This document shows, in pieces, positions 19,280-28,434 of a stretch of DNA of 64,000 nucleotides (its first letter is position 1; each line of letters starts with the position of its first letter). The notes under the pieces are model-generated. The model did no database searches and had not been told where the DNA came from. It saw only the letters and a list, made by a program, of their open reading frames with translations. Position numbers and translations under genes: made by a program. Source of the stretch: an uncultured Candidatus Saccharibacteria bacterium (GTDB taxonomy: Bacteria > Patescibacteriota > Saccharimonadia > Saccharimonadales > Saccharimonadaceae); contig CAMTXO010000002.1 of assembly GCA_947085845.1 (NCBI GenBank), forward strand, positions 234,231 to 298,230. Direction: 5' to 3'.

Positions 19280-20596
19280 TTAAGGTGTTAACCTGTTGAT
19301 ATCACGCGGGAAGAGTGTGGCTTCTTTGATGTTGTTGAGGCCAATAGCCTTTTGTACCAAACGATCGATGCCGTAGCCACAGCCACCATGCTCTGGCAGA
19401 CCATATTTAAATGCTTGCAGGTAATATTTGAAACCTTCGTGAGTGACATCTAGGCCGGCTTCTTTCATCTGTTCAACCATCTTTTGGTAGTTGTTTTCAC
19501 GCAGCGGTACTGTGGCGATTTCCACTCCACGGAATAATAAATCACCCCAATAAACTGTGCCGTTTTCAACATTTCGTTTGTGATAAAACTTGGCTGCTGC
19601 TAGCGGAAATTCAGTTGCATAAACTAGATCCGAGCCCAGTTCTTTTCGTGCATATTCACAAATCCATTTTTCTTCATCGGGTGTGAGGTCTTTTTTGTCC
19701 TCGACTGTATTTTTGGTTGCAGCTTCGTACATTTCGTGGATTTTGGCAATAGTAAATCGTGGTACTTTGCCATCACTCGGCAATTTTAGTTCTGGAGCGT
19801 TCAGACTCTTTAGGTCATTAGCATGGTCTGAGTAAATACGATTTAATGTATTGATTGTCATGTCACCCACTGTATCTAGAACTTCGTCGTGTCCACTGAC
19901 AAATCCCATTTCGATATCTAGCATCATGGTTTCAGTCATGTGACGTGTAGTTGCGCTAGGTTCAGCACGATATGCTGCAGCTATTTCAAAAACCCTCTCG
20001 TACGCGCCAACCATGATCTGTTTATAAAATTGTGGACTTTGAGCTAATGTTGCAGTTTTGTCGAAATAATCTAGTTTGAAAACTTCGGCACCACCTTCGG
20101 TTGCTTCGGCTAGTAATTTTGGTGTTTGGATTTCTACAAACTCATTTTTTGTTAAATATTCACGAATATTAGCCAATATACTAGCGCGTATTTTGAATAT
20201 TTTTTGTTCTTGCAGGTTGCGAACGTTTAATACACGATATTCAAACAAGGTATCTAGGTTTTCAGATTTGTGCGAGATTGGTTTGTCGATTTCGATTGGT
20301 GGTTCGTCAGTAACTGGTACTTGGACTTCTACTTTTACATCGTGAAGCTCTGCTCCTCCGGGTGCTCGCTCGTCTGGAGTAACCATCCCGGTCAAACTAA
20401 ATACGGTTCCAATCTGTAATCCACGGAGTTTTTCTATTTCATCTTTATCTTCTATCAAGCTCTGTGCAATACCGCTACGATCACGTAATGTTATGAAATT
20501 GAGGCCACCAAGCAATCGCTTTTTATGCAACCACCCTTCAATCGTGACTGTTTCGTTATGTTTGGTTGCTAGGTCTCTTACTAATACTCTACTCAT
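19280..20596 (-). CDS. aspS: Aspartate--tRNA ligase, archaeal/eukaryal-type (possibly non-discriminating)
   Basis: 438 aa with an N-terminal OB fold. Class II motif 2 is AYRAEPS.TTRH and motif 3 is GGCGYGIDRL. Confidence 0.85.
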   Translation of the reverse strand: MSRVLVRDLATKHNETVTIEGWLHKKRLLGGLNFITLRDRSGIAQSLIEDKDEIEKLRGLQIGTVFSLTGMVTPDERAPGGAELHDVKVEVQVPVTDEPPIEIDKPISHKSENLDTLFEYRVLNVRNLQEQKIFKIRASILANIREYLTKNEFVEIQTPKLLAEATEGGAEVFKLDYFDKTATLAQSPQFYKQIMVGAYERVFEIAAAYRAEPSATTRHMTETMMLDIEMGFVSGHDEVLDTVGDMTINTLNRIYSDHANDLKSLNAPELKLPSDGKVPRFTIAKIHEMYEAATKNTVEDKKDLTPDEEKWICEYARKELGSDLVYATEFPLAAAKFYHKRNVENGTVYWGDLLFRGVEIATVPLRENNYQKMVEQMKEAGLDVTHEGFKYYLQAFKYGLPEHGGCGYGIDRLVQKAIGLNNIKEATLFPRDINRLTP

Positions 20597-21627
20597 ACAT
20601 CTACTCTGCTTTCTGGCTGGTTATTGTCTTTTTGGTTTCGTCGGGCGACTTCTCTTAGATCTTCATGGGTATCAAATTCATCGTTTATCTTTTGCCCAAT
20701 TAATGCTTCTATGACATCTTCGAGACTCACAACGCCGACTGTCTCTTGAAATTCATTTACTACTATAAACAGATGGTGGTGCGTACGCAAGAAAGCAGCG
20801 AGTGCGTGAGACAGGGTTTGGTCTTGGTTGATATAAAAAACACGAGACTCCATGGCCTTTTCAGCAGTTAACGAACGCTTCGTGTCTAGTGCTAGTAAGC
20901 TTTGAACATGCAACACCCCGACCACATGATCTATGTCTCGATTAATAACTGGAAATCGACTGTGCCCTGTTTTGTGTAAATCATCTAAAACAAGTGGGCC
21001 TAGTAGTTCCTTTTTTTCAATGCTATGGACCGCTGATTTTGGCGTCATAACATCTTTTACTGGTTTTTCCTGAAAGCCAATTGCATGTGACAGTAGGTTC
21101 TTTTCATCTTTGCTTAAAGTATCTTGGGTGCTTTCAATTAAATGCAGTAGTTCTTCTTTTGAATGTAGTGAGAAATCACCAACCGGCTGAATGCTTGATG
21201 TACGAAGCAATTGCAAGTACGGGTGTAGTTTCTCAACTATAGATAGTAGTTTGATTTCGTATGTCGAGTATAGTTTTTGAACGTTTTTTGTGACAACTTC
21301 CCAACGAGCAATAGCATTTGCAAATAATAGTAACGCAACACTTGCTAATAAACCGAGGAGCCAGCCTAGATGCCCGATTGTGACTATTACTAGTAGCACA
21401 GTCAGAACAGTATCTTTCACATACCGCAGTGTCGCCAAGTCTGTTAGTGCCTTTTCTCTACGAAGATTTAGTTTTGCGATATCATCTTTTGCCTTGGCTC
21501 GTCGCTTGAGTTCATATGTAGTTAGGTCGCTTTGATTAATTTTTATAGCTCGCACAATAACTATCAACAATAATAGTATTGCTTCTACAAGTAAAAAGAT
21601 TGATACAGCCGCATTCATTAGATACAT
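20593..21627 (-). CDS. CNNM/DUF21-CBS pair membrane protein (HlyC/CorC family without the CorC_HlyC tail)
   Basis: N-terminal TM domain plus two CBS-like repeats (DVMTPK...V..D....G..S..D). Confidence 0.78.
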   Translation of the reverse strand: MYLMNAAVSIFLLVEAILLLLIVIVRAIKINQSDLTTYELKRRAKAKDDIAKLNLRREKALTDLATLRYVKDTVLTVLLVIVTIGHLGWLLGLLASVALLLFANAIARWEVVTKNVQKLYSTYEIKLLSIVEKLHPYLQLLRTSSIQPVGDFSLHSKEELLHLIESTQDTLSKDEKNLLSHAIGFQEKPVKDVMTPKSAVHSIEKKELLGPLVLDDLHKTGHSRFPVINRDIDHVVGVLHVQSLLALDTKRSLTAEKAMESRVFYINQDQTLSHALAAFLRTHHHLFIVVNEFQETVGVVSLEDVIEALIGQKINDEFDTHEDLREVARRNQKDNNQPESRVDV

Positions 21628-21674
21628 TATAGCTTATTTTAATGGTATTATGGTAAGCAGCTTAAGGAGGAATA

Positions 21675-22367
21675 ATGGATAGAACACGTTGGATTATATT
21701 TGCCGTCATTTGTGTGGTAGTGCTTGGTGTATTAGTTGTGAATAAAAAAAGTGATGATGTAAACGTCAAGAATATTAATGCAGGGAAAGTTATTACTGCA
21801 GATAAAAAAGAAAATGAAATACCAGATCACACGTTTGGCAGTACAGCCAATAAAACAGTCCTGATCGAATACGGTGATTTTCAATGTCCCGGCTGTGGTA
21901 GCTTGTATCCTGGACTAAAACCCTTGAAAGAAAAATATAGTGAACAGCTGACATTTGTATTTCGTAACTTTCCCCTTACATCCATTCATCCGAATGCATT
22001 AGCAGCGGCCACCGCTGCAGAGGCGGCAGGCCTACAAGACAAATGGTGGGAATATCATGACATGTTATATGAAAATCAAGATGCATGGTCAAGTGCTGAC
22101 ACCACAAAGAGAACAGATGTGTTTGTGGAATATGCAAAACAGTTGGGCTTAAATGTAGATACATTCAAAAAAGATCTTGAGAGTGATAAAATTGCCCGCA
22201 AAATTTCTCGTGATCAGGCTTTAGGTAAAAAAATTGGAGCGACTTCGACACCTACTCTAGTTTTAGATAGCAAGCTAATCGCTCAAGACCAGTGGTCGAG
22301 TACCGAAAAATTGGAAAACACTATTCGTGAAGCGATTAAGGCTAGCGGTCAGACCTTACCAGAATAG
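21675..22367 (+). CDS. DsbA-family thiol:disulfide oxidoreductase (membrane-anchored)
   Basis: CPGC active site within FQCPGCGS, in a thioredoxin fold after an N-terminal TM segment. Confidence 0.82.
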   Translation: MDRTRWIIFAVICVVVLGVLVVNKKSDDVNVKNINAGKVITADKKENEIPDHTFGSTANKTVLIEYGDFQCPGCGSLYPGLKPLKEKYSEQLTFVFRNFPLTSIHPNALAAATAAEAAGLQDKWWEYHDMLYENQDAWSSADTTKRTDVFVEYAKQLGLNVDTFKKDLESDKIARKISRDQALGKKIGATSTPTLVLDSKLIAQDQWSSTEKLENTIREAIKASGQTLPE

Positions 22368-22380
22368 ACTTATTTGTTAA

Positions 22381-22415
22381 CAAAAAAATCCGCCTCAATA
22401 TATGAGGCGGATTTT
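22381..22415. terminator. Bidirectional intrinsic terminator
   Basis: AAAAAAATCCGCCTCA-ATATA-TGAGGCGGATTTTT. Confidence 0.8.
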
Positions 22416-22640
22416 TCTTTAGTGTGCAATATACATTTGCCACTTTGCCGGCTCAACGACCACTTGGATCTTCTTTGCGCGGCTCGGTACTTTGTTGATG
22501 TCAATATGCATCGTGTCAAAGCTCCTTGTTTATGGACATAGGTTTTCGCCTGTCGACCTAGTGCACCTGGGTCTTCATGTAAGTTTTGGCGAAAACGCAG
22601 ATTTAAGCCTATCATAGATTGAACTATCGGGTCAAACTTT

Positions 22641-23570
22641 TTAGAAAATTCTTTTCTTTCGCCCCAGTATAAATACCGTGAAAGAAGCAAGTAGTGTAAA
22701 GCCAAATATAAGAGAATATGCCCATTCTTCATCTTGAAATGGCAATGGAATATTCATACCATACATACCATACAGAACGTTTGGTAAGGTTATGAGAACA
22801 GTAGCGGCAGTTAATATTTTCATTGAGCGGTTTAGGTTGTTACTAGCAATTGTTGCATGAGAATCCCGAATACTTGCAATAGATTTTATATAACTACGAC
22901 AAGCCTCAATAGACTGCTCTGTGGCAAGCGTAAGGTCCTCTATGATGTCTTCGTCTTGTTCGTATAGTGCAATATGTTTGCCTACTAGAATACGGTGCAA
23001 CAACGCTGACATAGGCTGCAAGCCTGAAAGGAAATCATTTAGCTCGTCCTCGATCGTGACAAAGTCGATAAAATCTTGGTTTACTACTTCGTGAGTACGA
23101 AGCCTTGTCCGAATTCCCTTTATGCGTTTGCCTATATTATTGATATGTACGTTGTATTGATCAACGATTTGCCCCAATTGCTGCAAGAAAAGTTTATTTT
23201 TTTGTGTAGTAGAGAAATCTATTTTACCTCCGGTAAATTGCTGCAGTCGTGGCATGGAATGTATAGAAATAGTGATAATGGCCTTTGGACTCAAAATAAT
23301 CAATAACGGTGAAGTAGAAAGGTCTAGATCATCCTCGGCATACGCATAGCGTAAAAATACGTACAACGTCTCGCCCTCGCGCTCGATACGAGGCATCTCC
23401 TCTAGATCCAGCGCATCACTGAGATGTCCGGCATCGAGATGAAATTTGGTCACTAAAAAATCAAGCTCTTCCGATGTTGGATGCTCGACGCATACCCAGG
23501 CCCCAGCTCGATGCTTTTCTAGAGTAAGTACGTCGCTAGAACGTATGTCTTTGTAAAAATAAGAGATCAT
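22641..23570 (-). CDS. corA: Magnesium/cobalt transporter CorA
   Basis: YGMNI (GMN) motif between two C-terminal TM helices. Confidence 0.88.
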   Translation of the reverse strand: MISYFYKDIRSSDVLTLEKHRAGAWVCVEHPTSEELDFLVTKFHLDAGHLSDALDLEEMPRIEREGETLYVFLRYAYAEDDLDLSTSPLLIILSPKAIITISIHSMPRLQQFTGGKIDFSTTQKNKLFLQQLGQIVDQYNVHINNIGKRIKGIRTRLRTHEVVNQDFIDFVTIEDELNDFLSGLQPMSALLHRILVGKHIALYEQDEDIIEDLTLATEQSIEACRSYIKSIASIRDSHATIASNNLNRSMKILTAATVLITLPNVLYGMYGMNIPLPFQDEEWAYSLIFGFTLLASFTVFILGRKKRIF

Positions 23571-23625
23571 AACATAAGCAGTATAACAGCTGTGGACTAG
23601 GTACGACTAGGCCTGTTTTAGCTAT

Positions 23626-25422
23626 TTAGGCGATACCAGGTGCTACATCAGCCGAACCATGCTGCAATGGCTTTTCTCGTATGAAGAGTGCAAAAATGAA
23701 TGCTACTACCATGAGAACCGAGGCGGAATAAAAGATAGCACGCAGGCTATCACTAAAGGCATATTTGACGTCATGATTGAAATCTTTTTGCTTTGTATTA
23801 AAGTCATCTTTGACCTTGCTAAACTGGTTTTCGATCTTTTGGTCAGCCTCTAGCTGGGCTTTGGTTTTAAATGCATCTGGCAATTGGCTAGCAGCAATTT
23901 GAGCGTTTGCAGCTGCCTTGGCTTTTTCTTCAGCCTTGGCTAAGCCTTTGCTTAGGCCTTTGTCTATCTTTTGTTTTGTATCATGAGTGTTGATGTTGAG
24001 TGCTGTGTCGGCATCCGCTTTTGATAGATCGAAATTTTGTGACTGTGAAGATTGTGGCTGCTGGCTCAAAAACTCAATGTATGGAATTTTCTGTATATTA
24101 CCTAGACTTGCTGCGACACCCGCAGTTAATATACCGCCAAAAACAGCTACTCCTACTGTTGATCCTAGGTTTCTAAATAACTGAGTTGCGGCGGTCACGG
24201 TACCTAGGTCTTTTTGGCTGAATTCATTTTGTACAGCAAGGTTCAATGTCGGCATAAGTGCACCAAGACCAGCACCTGTCATTATCATGATCAGTATTTC
24301 ATGAGTGAATCCACTAGTCGGAGACAAGAAACTGAGGCTAAAAATACCTACACTTGCAACTATCAGTCCAACTTGCATGATTAGTTTGTAGTGACCCGTT
24401 CGCTGCATAATTTGTCCACTAATTGCAGCCGAGACAACTAGTCCAAATACCATTGGAATAATCATTAATCCCGCCTGAGTTGGTGACACTCCAAAGACTT
24501 GCTGGTTAAACTGTGTAATGTATAAAATTGCACCCAGGAATGCAGCACCGTTGAGTACAGATATGATCATGAATAAACTAAAGTTTCGGTTTTTAAAGAA
24601 ATCTAGACTGAGTATAGGTTCTCTGCTCCTTTTTTCTGTCCAAATGAATAGCCCTGTTGCGATCGCTGCAACCGATAATAACATTGCTCGAACCGCCAGT
24701 AAGCTCCAATCAGTAGCGTCCATAAACCCTGCAAAAACTTTGTCAGTATTGTCGGCAGCTAAAATAACTGTTGCTAGAGCAATAGACAATAACCCCGCTC
24801 CAGCATAGTCTATATGAGGTTTTGTCTCGTGTTTTATTTTCGGCATAAAAATCGCAATAATGATAAAGACGATAATTCCTACTGGAACATTCACCCACAA
24901 TGTCCAACGCCAGTTTGTCACTAATCCAGCAATATTATGAGGCTCGGTTAGATAGCCACCAAGCAATGGACCGATGACAGATGCTATACCAAACACACCG
25001 CCAAACACACCTTGCCAGCGGCCTCTTTCTCGTGGCGCAAACAAATCACCAATTACGGCAAAAGCATTCGCGGTTATAATACCACCGCCAACACCTTGCA
25101 CTGCTCGCCAGAAAATTAACTGCTCGATAGTACCAGCCGAACCACTAAAGAGGCTGGCAATTGTGAACACGGTAATACCAGTTAGTAGTACAAGTCGTCG
25201 TCCAAACATATCAGAAAATTTACCTGCAATTGGTGTGGCAATTGTACTGGTTAGTAGGTATGCAGTGATAATCCAGCTAAGGCTAGAAAAGCTGTTGAAC
25301 TCTTCGACAATTTTGCCAAGTGCTGTCGTGATAATCAATTGATCGAGCGCAAATAGGAATAGTGCAGACATAACTGCGAGCATGATGATTACTTTTTGTC
25401 GGTGCGGTATATTATGAAGCAT
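23626..25422 (-). CDS. MFS drug:H+ antiporter (DHA2/EmrB-QacA-like, 14 TM) with a long charged insertion before the last TM
   Basis: GKFSDMFGRR motif A and a 14-TM layout. A KA-rich coiled segment spans aa ~470-560. Confidence 0.8.
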   Translation of the reverse strand: MLHNIPHRQKVIIMLAVMSALFLFALDQLIITTALGKIVEEFNSFSSLSWIITAYLLTSTIATPIAGKFSDMFGRRLVLLTGITVFTIASLFSGSAGTIEQLIFWRAVQGVGGGIITANAFAVIGDLFAPRERGRWQGVFGGVFGIASVIGPLLGGYLTEPHNIAGLVTNWRWTLWVNVPVGIIVFIIIAIFMPKIKHETKPHIDYAGAGLLSIALATVILAADNTDKVFAGFMDATDWSLLAVRAMLLSVAAIATGLFIWTEKRSREPILSLDFFKNRNFSLFMIISVLNGAAFLGAILYITQFNQQVFGVSPTQAGLMIIPMVFGLVVSAAISGQIMQRTGHYKLIMQVGLIVASVGIFSLSFLSPTSGFTHEILIMIMTGAGLGALMPTLNLAVQNEFSQKDLGTVTAATQLFRNLGSTVGVAVFGGILTAGVAASLGNIQKIPYIEFLSQQPQSSQSQNFDLSKADADTALNINTHDTKQKIDKGLSKGLAKAEEKAKAAANAQIAASQLPDAFKTKAQLEADQKIENQFSKVKDDFNTKQKDFNHDVKYAFSDSLRAIFYSASVLMVVAFIFALFIREKPLQHGSADVAPGIA

Positions 25423-25431
25423 ATTATTTGA

Positions 25432-25683
25432 TTAGTCCTTTGTGTCTTTGAGTTTTGATTTTATATTGCTAATTTGACTATCTATTTTTTCGATAATCTC
25501 GTTAAAAGCCGTCTCGTTACAGAGTCCTACGAATTGTGGTTTATGTGCCGGCCCGACAATAACCACTTTGTCACCAGGCTCAACGCCAAGTCGTTTGCGT
25601 GCGTCTATCGGTATGACAATTTGACCCTTAGGCCCAACGGTAGCAACACCGTACAGTGTATGATTTATATGTTGATCGCCCAT
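25432..25683 (-). CDS. AbrB/MazE/SpoVT-family DNA-binding protein
   Basis: G.ATVG.KGQIVIP...R..LG..PGD swapped-hairpin motif. It lies 9 nt upstream of the MFS gene. Confidence 0.75.
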   Translation of the reverse strand: MGDQHINHTLYGVATVGPKGQIVIPIDARKRLGVEPGDKVVIVGPAHKPQFVGLCNETAFNEIIEKIDSQISNIKSKLKDTKD

Positions 25684-25701
25684 AGATTGACTCCTTTAAA
25701 G

Positions 25702-25757
25702 GTTATACTTGTATAACATGTTATACTTTCACAAAATCCATGTCAATACATTTTGTG
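25702..25757. promoter_or_regulatory. Divergent-promoter region with candidate operators
   Basis: Perfect 16-bp palindrome GTATAACATGTTATAC (25711-25726) overlaps GTTATAC-TT-GTATAAC (25702-25717). An 8-bp inverted repeat CACAAAAT-N12-ATTTTGTG spans 25730-25757. A TATATAAT -10-like box follows. Confidence 0.55.
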
Positions 25758-25773
25758 AAAAATCCTATATAAT

Positions 25774-26160
25774 ATGACTATTATGGGTGCTACTAAAATT
25801 GCAATTGTTGAAGATGATGGCGTCATACGCCAAATGTACCGTATGAAGTTTGAGGGCGAGGGCTTTGAGGTCGAAGTTGCTGAAAATGGCAAGGATGGCG
25901 TTGCGCTAGTTCAACATATGAAGCCAGATATTATATTGCTGGATATGCATATGCCAGAAATGGATGGTGCTACAGCTCTAACAAAAATACGTGCCGAGAA
26001 ATGGGGCAAAGATATACCGGTAATTGTTCTGACGAACCTAGGGGAAGAAGAGTCACCAAAGAGCTTGCGAGCACTGGGCATTAGCGGCTACATTGTCAAA
26101 GCTGATTTTACGCCTAGACAAGTTGTGGCTCGAGTTAAAGACGCGCTGTCAGAAAAGTAG
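25774..26160 (+). CDS. Stand-alone response regulator receiver (CheY-like)
   Basis: EDD acidic pocket, phospho-acceptor LLDMHMP, T (LTN) and K (IVKADF) positions. There is no output domain and no kinase in the window. Confidence 0.85.
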   Translation: MTIMGATKIAIVEDDGVIRQMYRMKFEGEGFEVEVAENGKDGVALVQHMKPDIILLDMHMPEMDGATALTKIRAEKWGKDIPVIVLTNLGEEESPKSLRALGISGYIVKADFTPRQVVARVKDALSEK

Positions 26161-26967
26161 CTATTTTGACCTTGCAGCTCGGATAACGTTATCAAAAAGG
26201 GCTGCAACTGTTAGTGGGCCAACCCCGCCAAATCGTGGCGTTATGGTTATATCGTCTCTTTCATATACATCCTGATCTACATCCCCCACTGTTTTTCCTG
26301 AATCGGATGCAACACCCGCATCGACTACGATCGACTCTATTGGAACAATCTGACTTTTGACAATGCCCGGTTGACCAGTTGCTGCAATGATAAGCTCTTT
26401 ATTCTTTAAGCTAGTCAAAAAATCATCATCTTTTTCTATGGTTTCAACATCGTAGCCAGCTTTGGTCCACATATCATACAGCGGTTTACCAACCAATCTT
26501 CCGTTGCCAATAATGGCTATTTTTTTATCTTTTATGTCGATGTTATACCCGGCAAGTAGCCAGTTAATCGCCGTTGGGGTTGCAGGGTCAAATGTTGCTT
26601 TTTCACCCAGTCCGTCTACATCTTTTTCTGGAGCAATTGTATTTATAACTTGATCGGTTTGGGATATATCCTCAAGTGGAAGCTGGACAATGATTCCGTG
26701 TACATCTTTGTCACTATTGAGTTTTTTGATAGTTTCTATTGCTTCGTTTTGTGACACTTTATAAATATCAACATCAACGAATATATCAGCACCGTAATTT
26801 TTTTTGAGCCTAACGTAAGTCTCGATAACTGGATCTTGTTTCACCACGACAATTGCAAGCTTCGGATTTATGCCATCAGCCTGGCGCAAAGCTCTCACCT
26901 GCCCTATTTGTCGAACTTTTATATAATCAGCCAGATCGGCGCCGCTTAGAATTTTCATCTTGTTCAT
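26161..26967 (-). CDS. folD: Bifunctional methylenetetrahydrofolate dehydrogenase/cyclohydrolase FolD
   Basis: VQLPLP-type motif (IVQLPLED), DVDG, GNG..VGKPL, and C-terminal TPRFGGVGPLTVA. Confidence 0.88.
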   Translation of the reverse strand: MNKMKILSGADLADYIKVRQIGQVRALRQADGINPKLAIVVVKQDPVIETYVRLKKNYGADIFVDVDIYKVSQNEAIETIKKLNSDKDVHGIIVQLPLEDISQTDQVINTIAPEKDVDGLGEKATFDPATPTAINWLLAGYNIDIKDKKIAIIGNGRLVGKPLYDMWTKAGYDVETIEKDDDFLTSLKNKELIIAATGQPGIVKSQIVPIESIVVDAGVASDSGKTVGDVDQDVYERDDITITPRFGGVGPLTVAALFDNVIRAARSK

Positions 26968-27036
26968 TATATCAGTAAGGTGCTACAATAATGCCATATA
27001 ATAAAGCGTAAGCTCTTTTGCGAGGGGAGTTAGACA

Positions 27037-27537
27037 ATGCAAGACTACACATATCAAACAACAGGAGATGATGCTGCATTTCTGGGCACATTTTTGATCA
27101 GTTATACTATATTTTTGGTGATTGCCTACTTAGTCAGTGCATTCCTATTGTCCAAAGTATTCGTAAAAGCAGGCAAGCCAGCTTGGACGGCGTTCGTGCC
27201 AATATATAACGGCTGGGTCTTATTTGAAATTGCTGGCAAGCCAGGGTGGTGGGTTCTAAGCTCTTTCATACCGTTGCTAGCAGCTGTGCTCTACCTCATT
27301 GCTTCGCTCGAACTAGCAAAGAGGTTTGGCAAGGGTTCAGGTTTTGGAGTTTTAGCGCTATGGTTTTTTCCTATCGTAGGCTACATCATACTTGCGTTTG
27401 ATGACTCGAAGTATCAGAGCGCTGGTGGCGGTGCACCAGTACCAGAAACTACACCCTCAGCTAAGCCAGAAGTGCTTGGTGAAGAAAAATCTAGCAAAAA
27501 CGACAACCCCCCAACTCCACCACCATTAGTGCAGTAG
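27037..27537 (+). CDS. DUF5684-like membrane protein
   Basis: KAGKPAWTAFVPIYN...FEIAGKPGWW signature as I recall it for that family, with a Pro-rich tail. Confidence 0.55.
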   Translation: MQDYTYQTTGDDAAFLGTFLISYTIFLVIAYLVSAFLLSKVFVKAGKPAWTAFVPIYNGWVLFEIAGKPGWWVLSSFIPLLAAVLYLIASLELAKRFGKGSGFGVLALWFFPIVGYIILAFDDSKYQSAGGGAPVPETTPSAKPEVLGEEKSSKNDNPPTPPPLVQ

Positions 27538-27538
27538 T

Positions 27539-28132
27539 TTAGCTTACTGTATCGTCAGCTTCTTTTATAATTACTATAATTTTAGATATGATAAGCCATA
27601 AGCCTAGAGCAAGTGCAACAAATGCTACTAAATCACCTACACCCCGAACGATCGAACCAATCAACACGTCAGATTCAAGCCAGCCTAGCTGACTAAATAC
27701 ATAGTTCCAGTCATGTTTCACTGTCTCTCCTGGACCGATCAAGGGTAGCTGTTGCGCTCTGGCATCGGCCATATATCGCCCTGCACTATTCATTGCAAGC
27801 ATAAACCAAATTGAACCAAATATAGCTGCAAAGTATGAGCGAGCCTTTAGGGCTGCGAGGACAATCAGCAATGTAAATAGTATTTCTCCTGTGGATCCTG
27901 CTGCTGCAACCAGTATGCTAGGCAAAAAGAAAACTACTAGATGCGAGGCTTCGTGAACTCCAAATTCTATAAAATACATACCGCTCAGCAACAAGTTTTG
28001 AGAATATTCGGCATTAAAAAATAGTATCTGAACATAGAGATATACAAAAAATATCCATAGCGGTATATATATCCATAGCGATAGTGGTAGTTTTGACTTT
28101 TTTGTGTTTTGCATAATTTCTTTTCTAAACAC
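27539..28132 (-). CDS. Membrane protein with HExxH motif (putative zincin-like, DUF3267-like)
   Basis: FGVHEASHLV lies at a TM boundary, with 4-5 TM segments. Tentative. Confidence 0.45.
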   Translation of the reverse strand: MFRKEIMQNTKKSKLPLSLWIYIPLWIFFVYLYVQILFFNAEYSQNLLLSGMYFIEFGVHEASHLVVFFLPSILVAAAGSTGEILFTLLIVLAALKARSYFAAIFGSIWFMLAMNSAGRYMADARAQQLPLIGPGETVKHDWNYVFSQLGWLESDVLIGSIVRGVGDLVAFVALALGLWLIISKIIVIIKEADDTVS

Positions 28133-28174
28133 AAGTATAACAAAAAGACTCTTTCGAGTCTTTGAATAATCACG

Positions 28175-28251
28175 TGGAGGGCCAGGTGAGACTTGAACTC
28201 ACGACACCCTGCTTAAGAGGCAGGTGCTCTAACCAGCTGAGCTACTGGCCC
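28175..28251 (-). tRNA. tRNA-Lys (CUU)
   Basis: GGGCCAG acceptor, anticodon arm CCTGC-CTCTTAA-GCAGG, T arm GTGAG-TTCAAGT-CTCAC, and encoded CCA. A terminator follows at about 28142-28163. Confidence 0.9.
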
Positions 28252-28360
28252 GTATTTGTATGATATTGATTGGCAAGGTACAACTCCTTTTTATGGAATC
28301 TTCTTAAGATCAGAGCACAGGTGCTTATTATCTGTAACGGAGAAACGAGTTTCTCGTATG

Positions 28361-28378
28361 CAGCTGAGCTACTGGTCC
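28361..28378 (-). repeat. 18-nt tRNA-Lys 5' fragment (pseudo-tRNA remnant)
   Basis: Minus strand GGACCAGTAGCTCAGCTG matches the acceptor and D arm of the tRNA-Lys genes. No T arm or anticodon arm follows. Confidence 0.7.
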
Positions 28379-28434
28379 AAACGCAGAAGATAGAGCCTCA
28401 ATAATATACCATATTCCAGAGGTGATAGCTAGGA

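Noticed and set aside
22370-22732. 120-aa minus-strand ORF bridging the corA 3' end and the DsbA-side terminator
   Set aside because: It overlaps the corA C-terminus out of frame and reads through a strong terminator hairpin. It has no motif. A much shorter 30-codon ORF with a real SD is the only plausible coding unit here.
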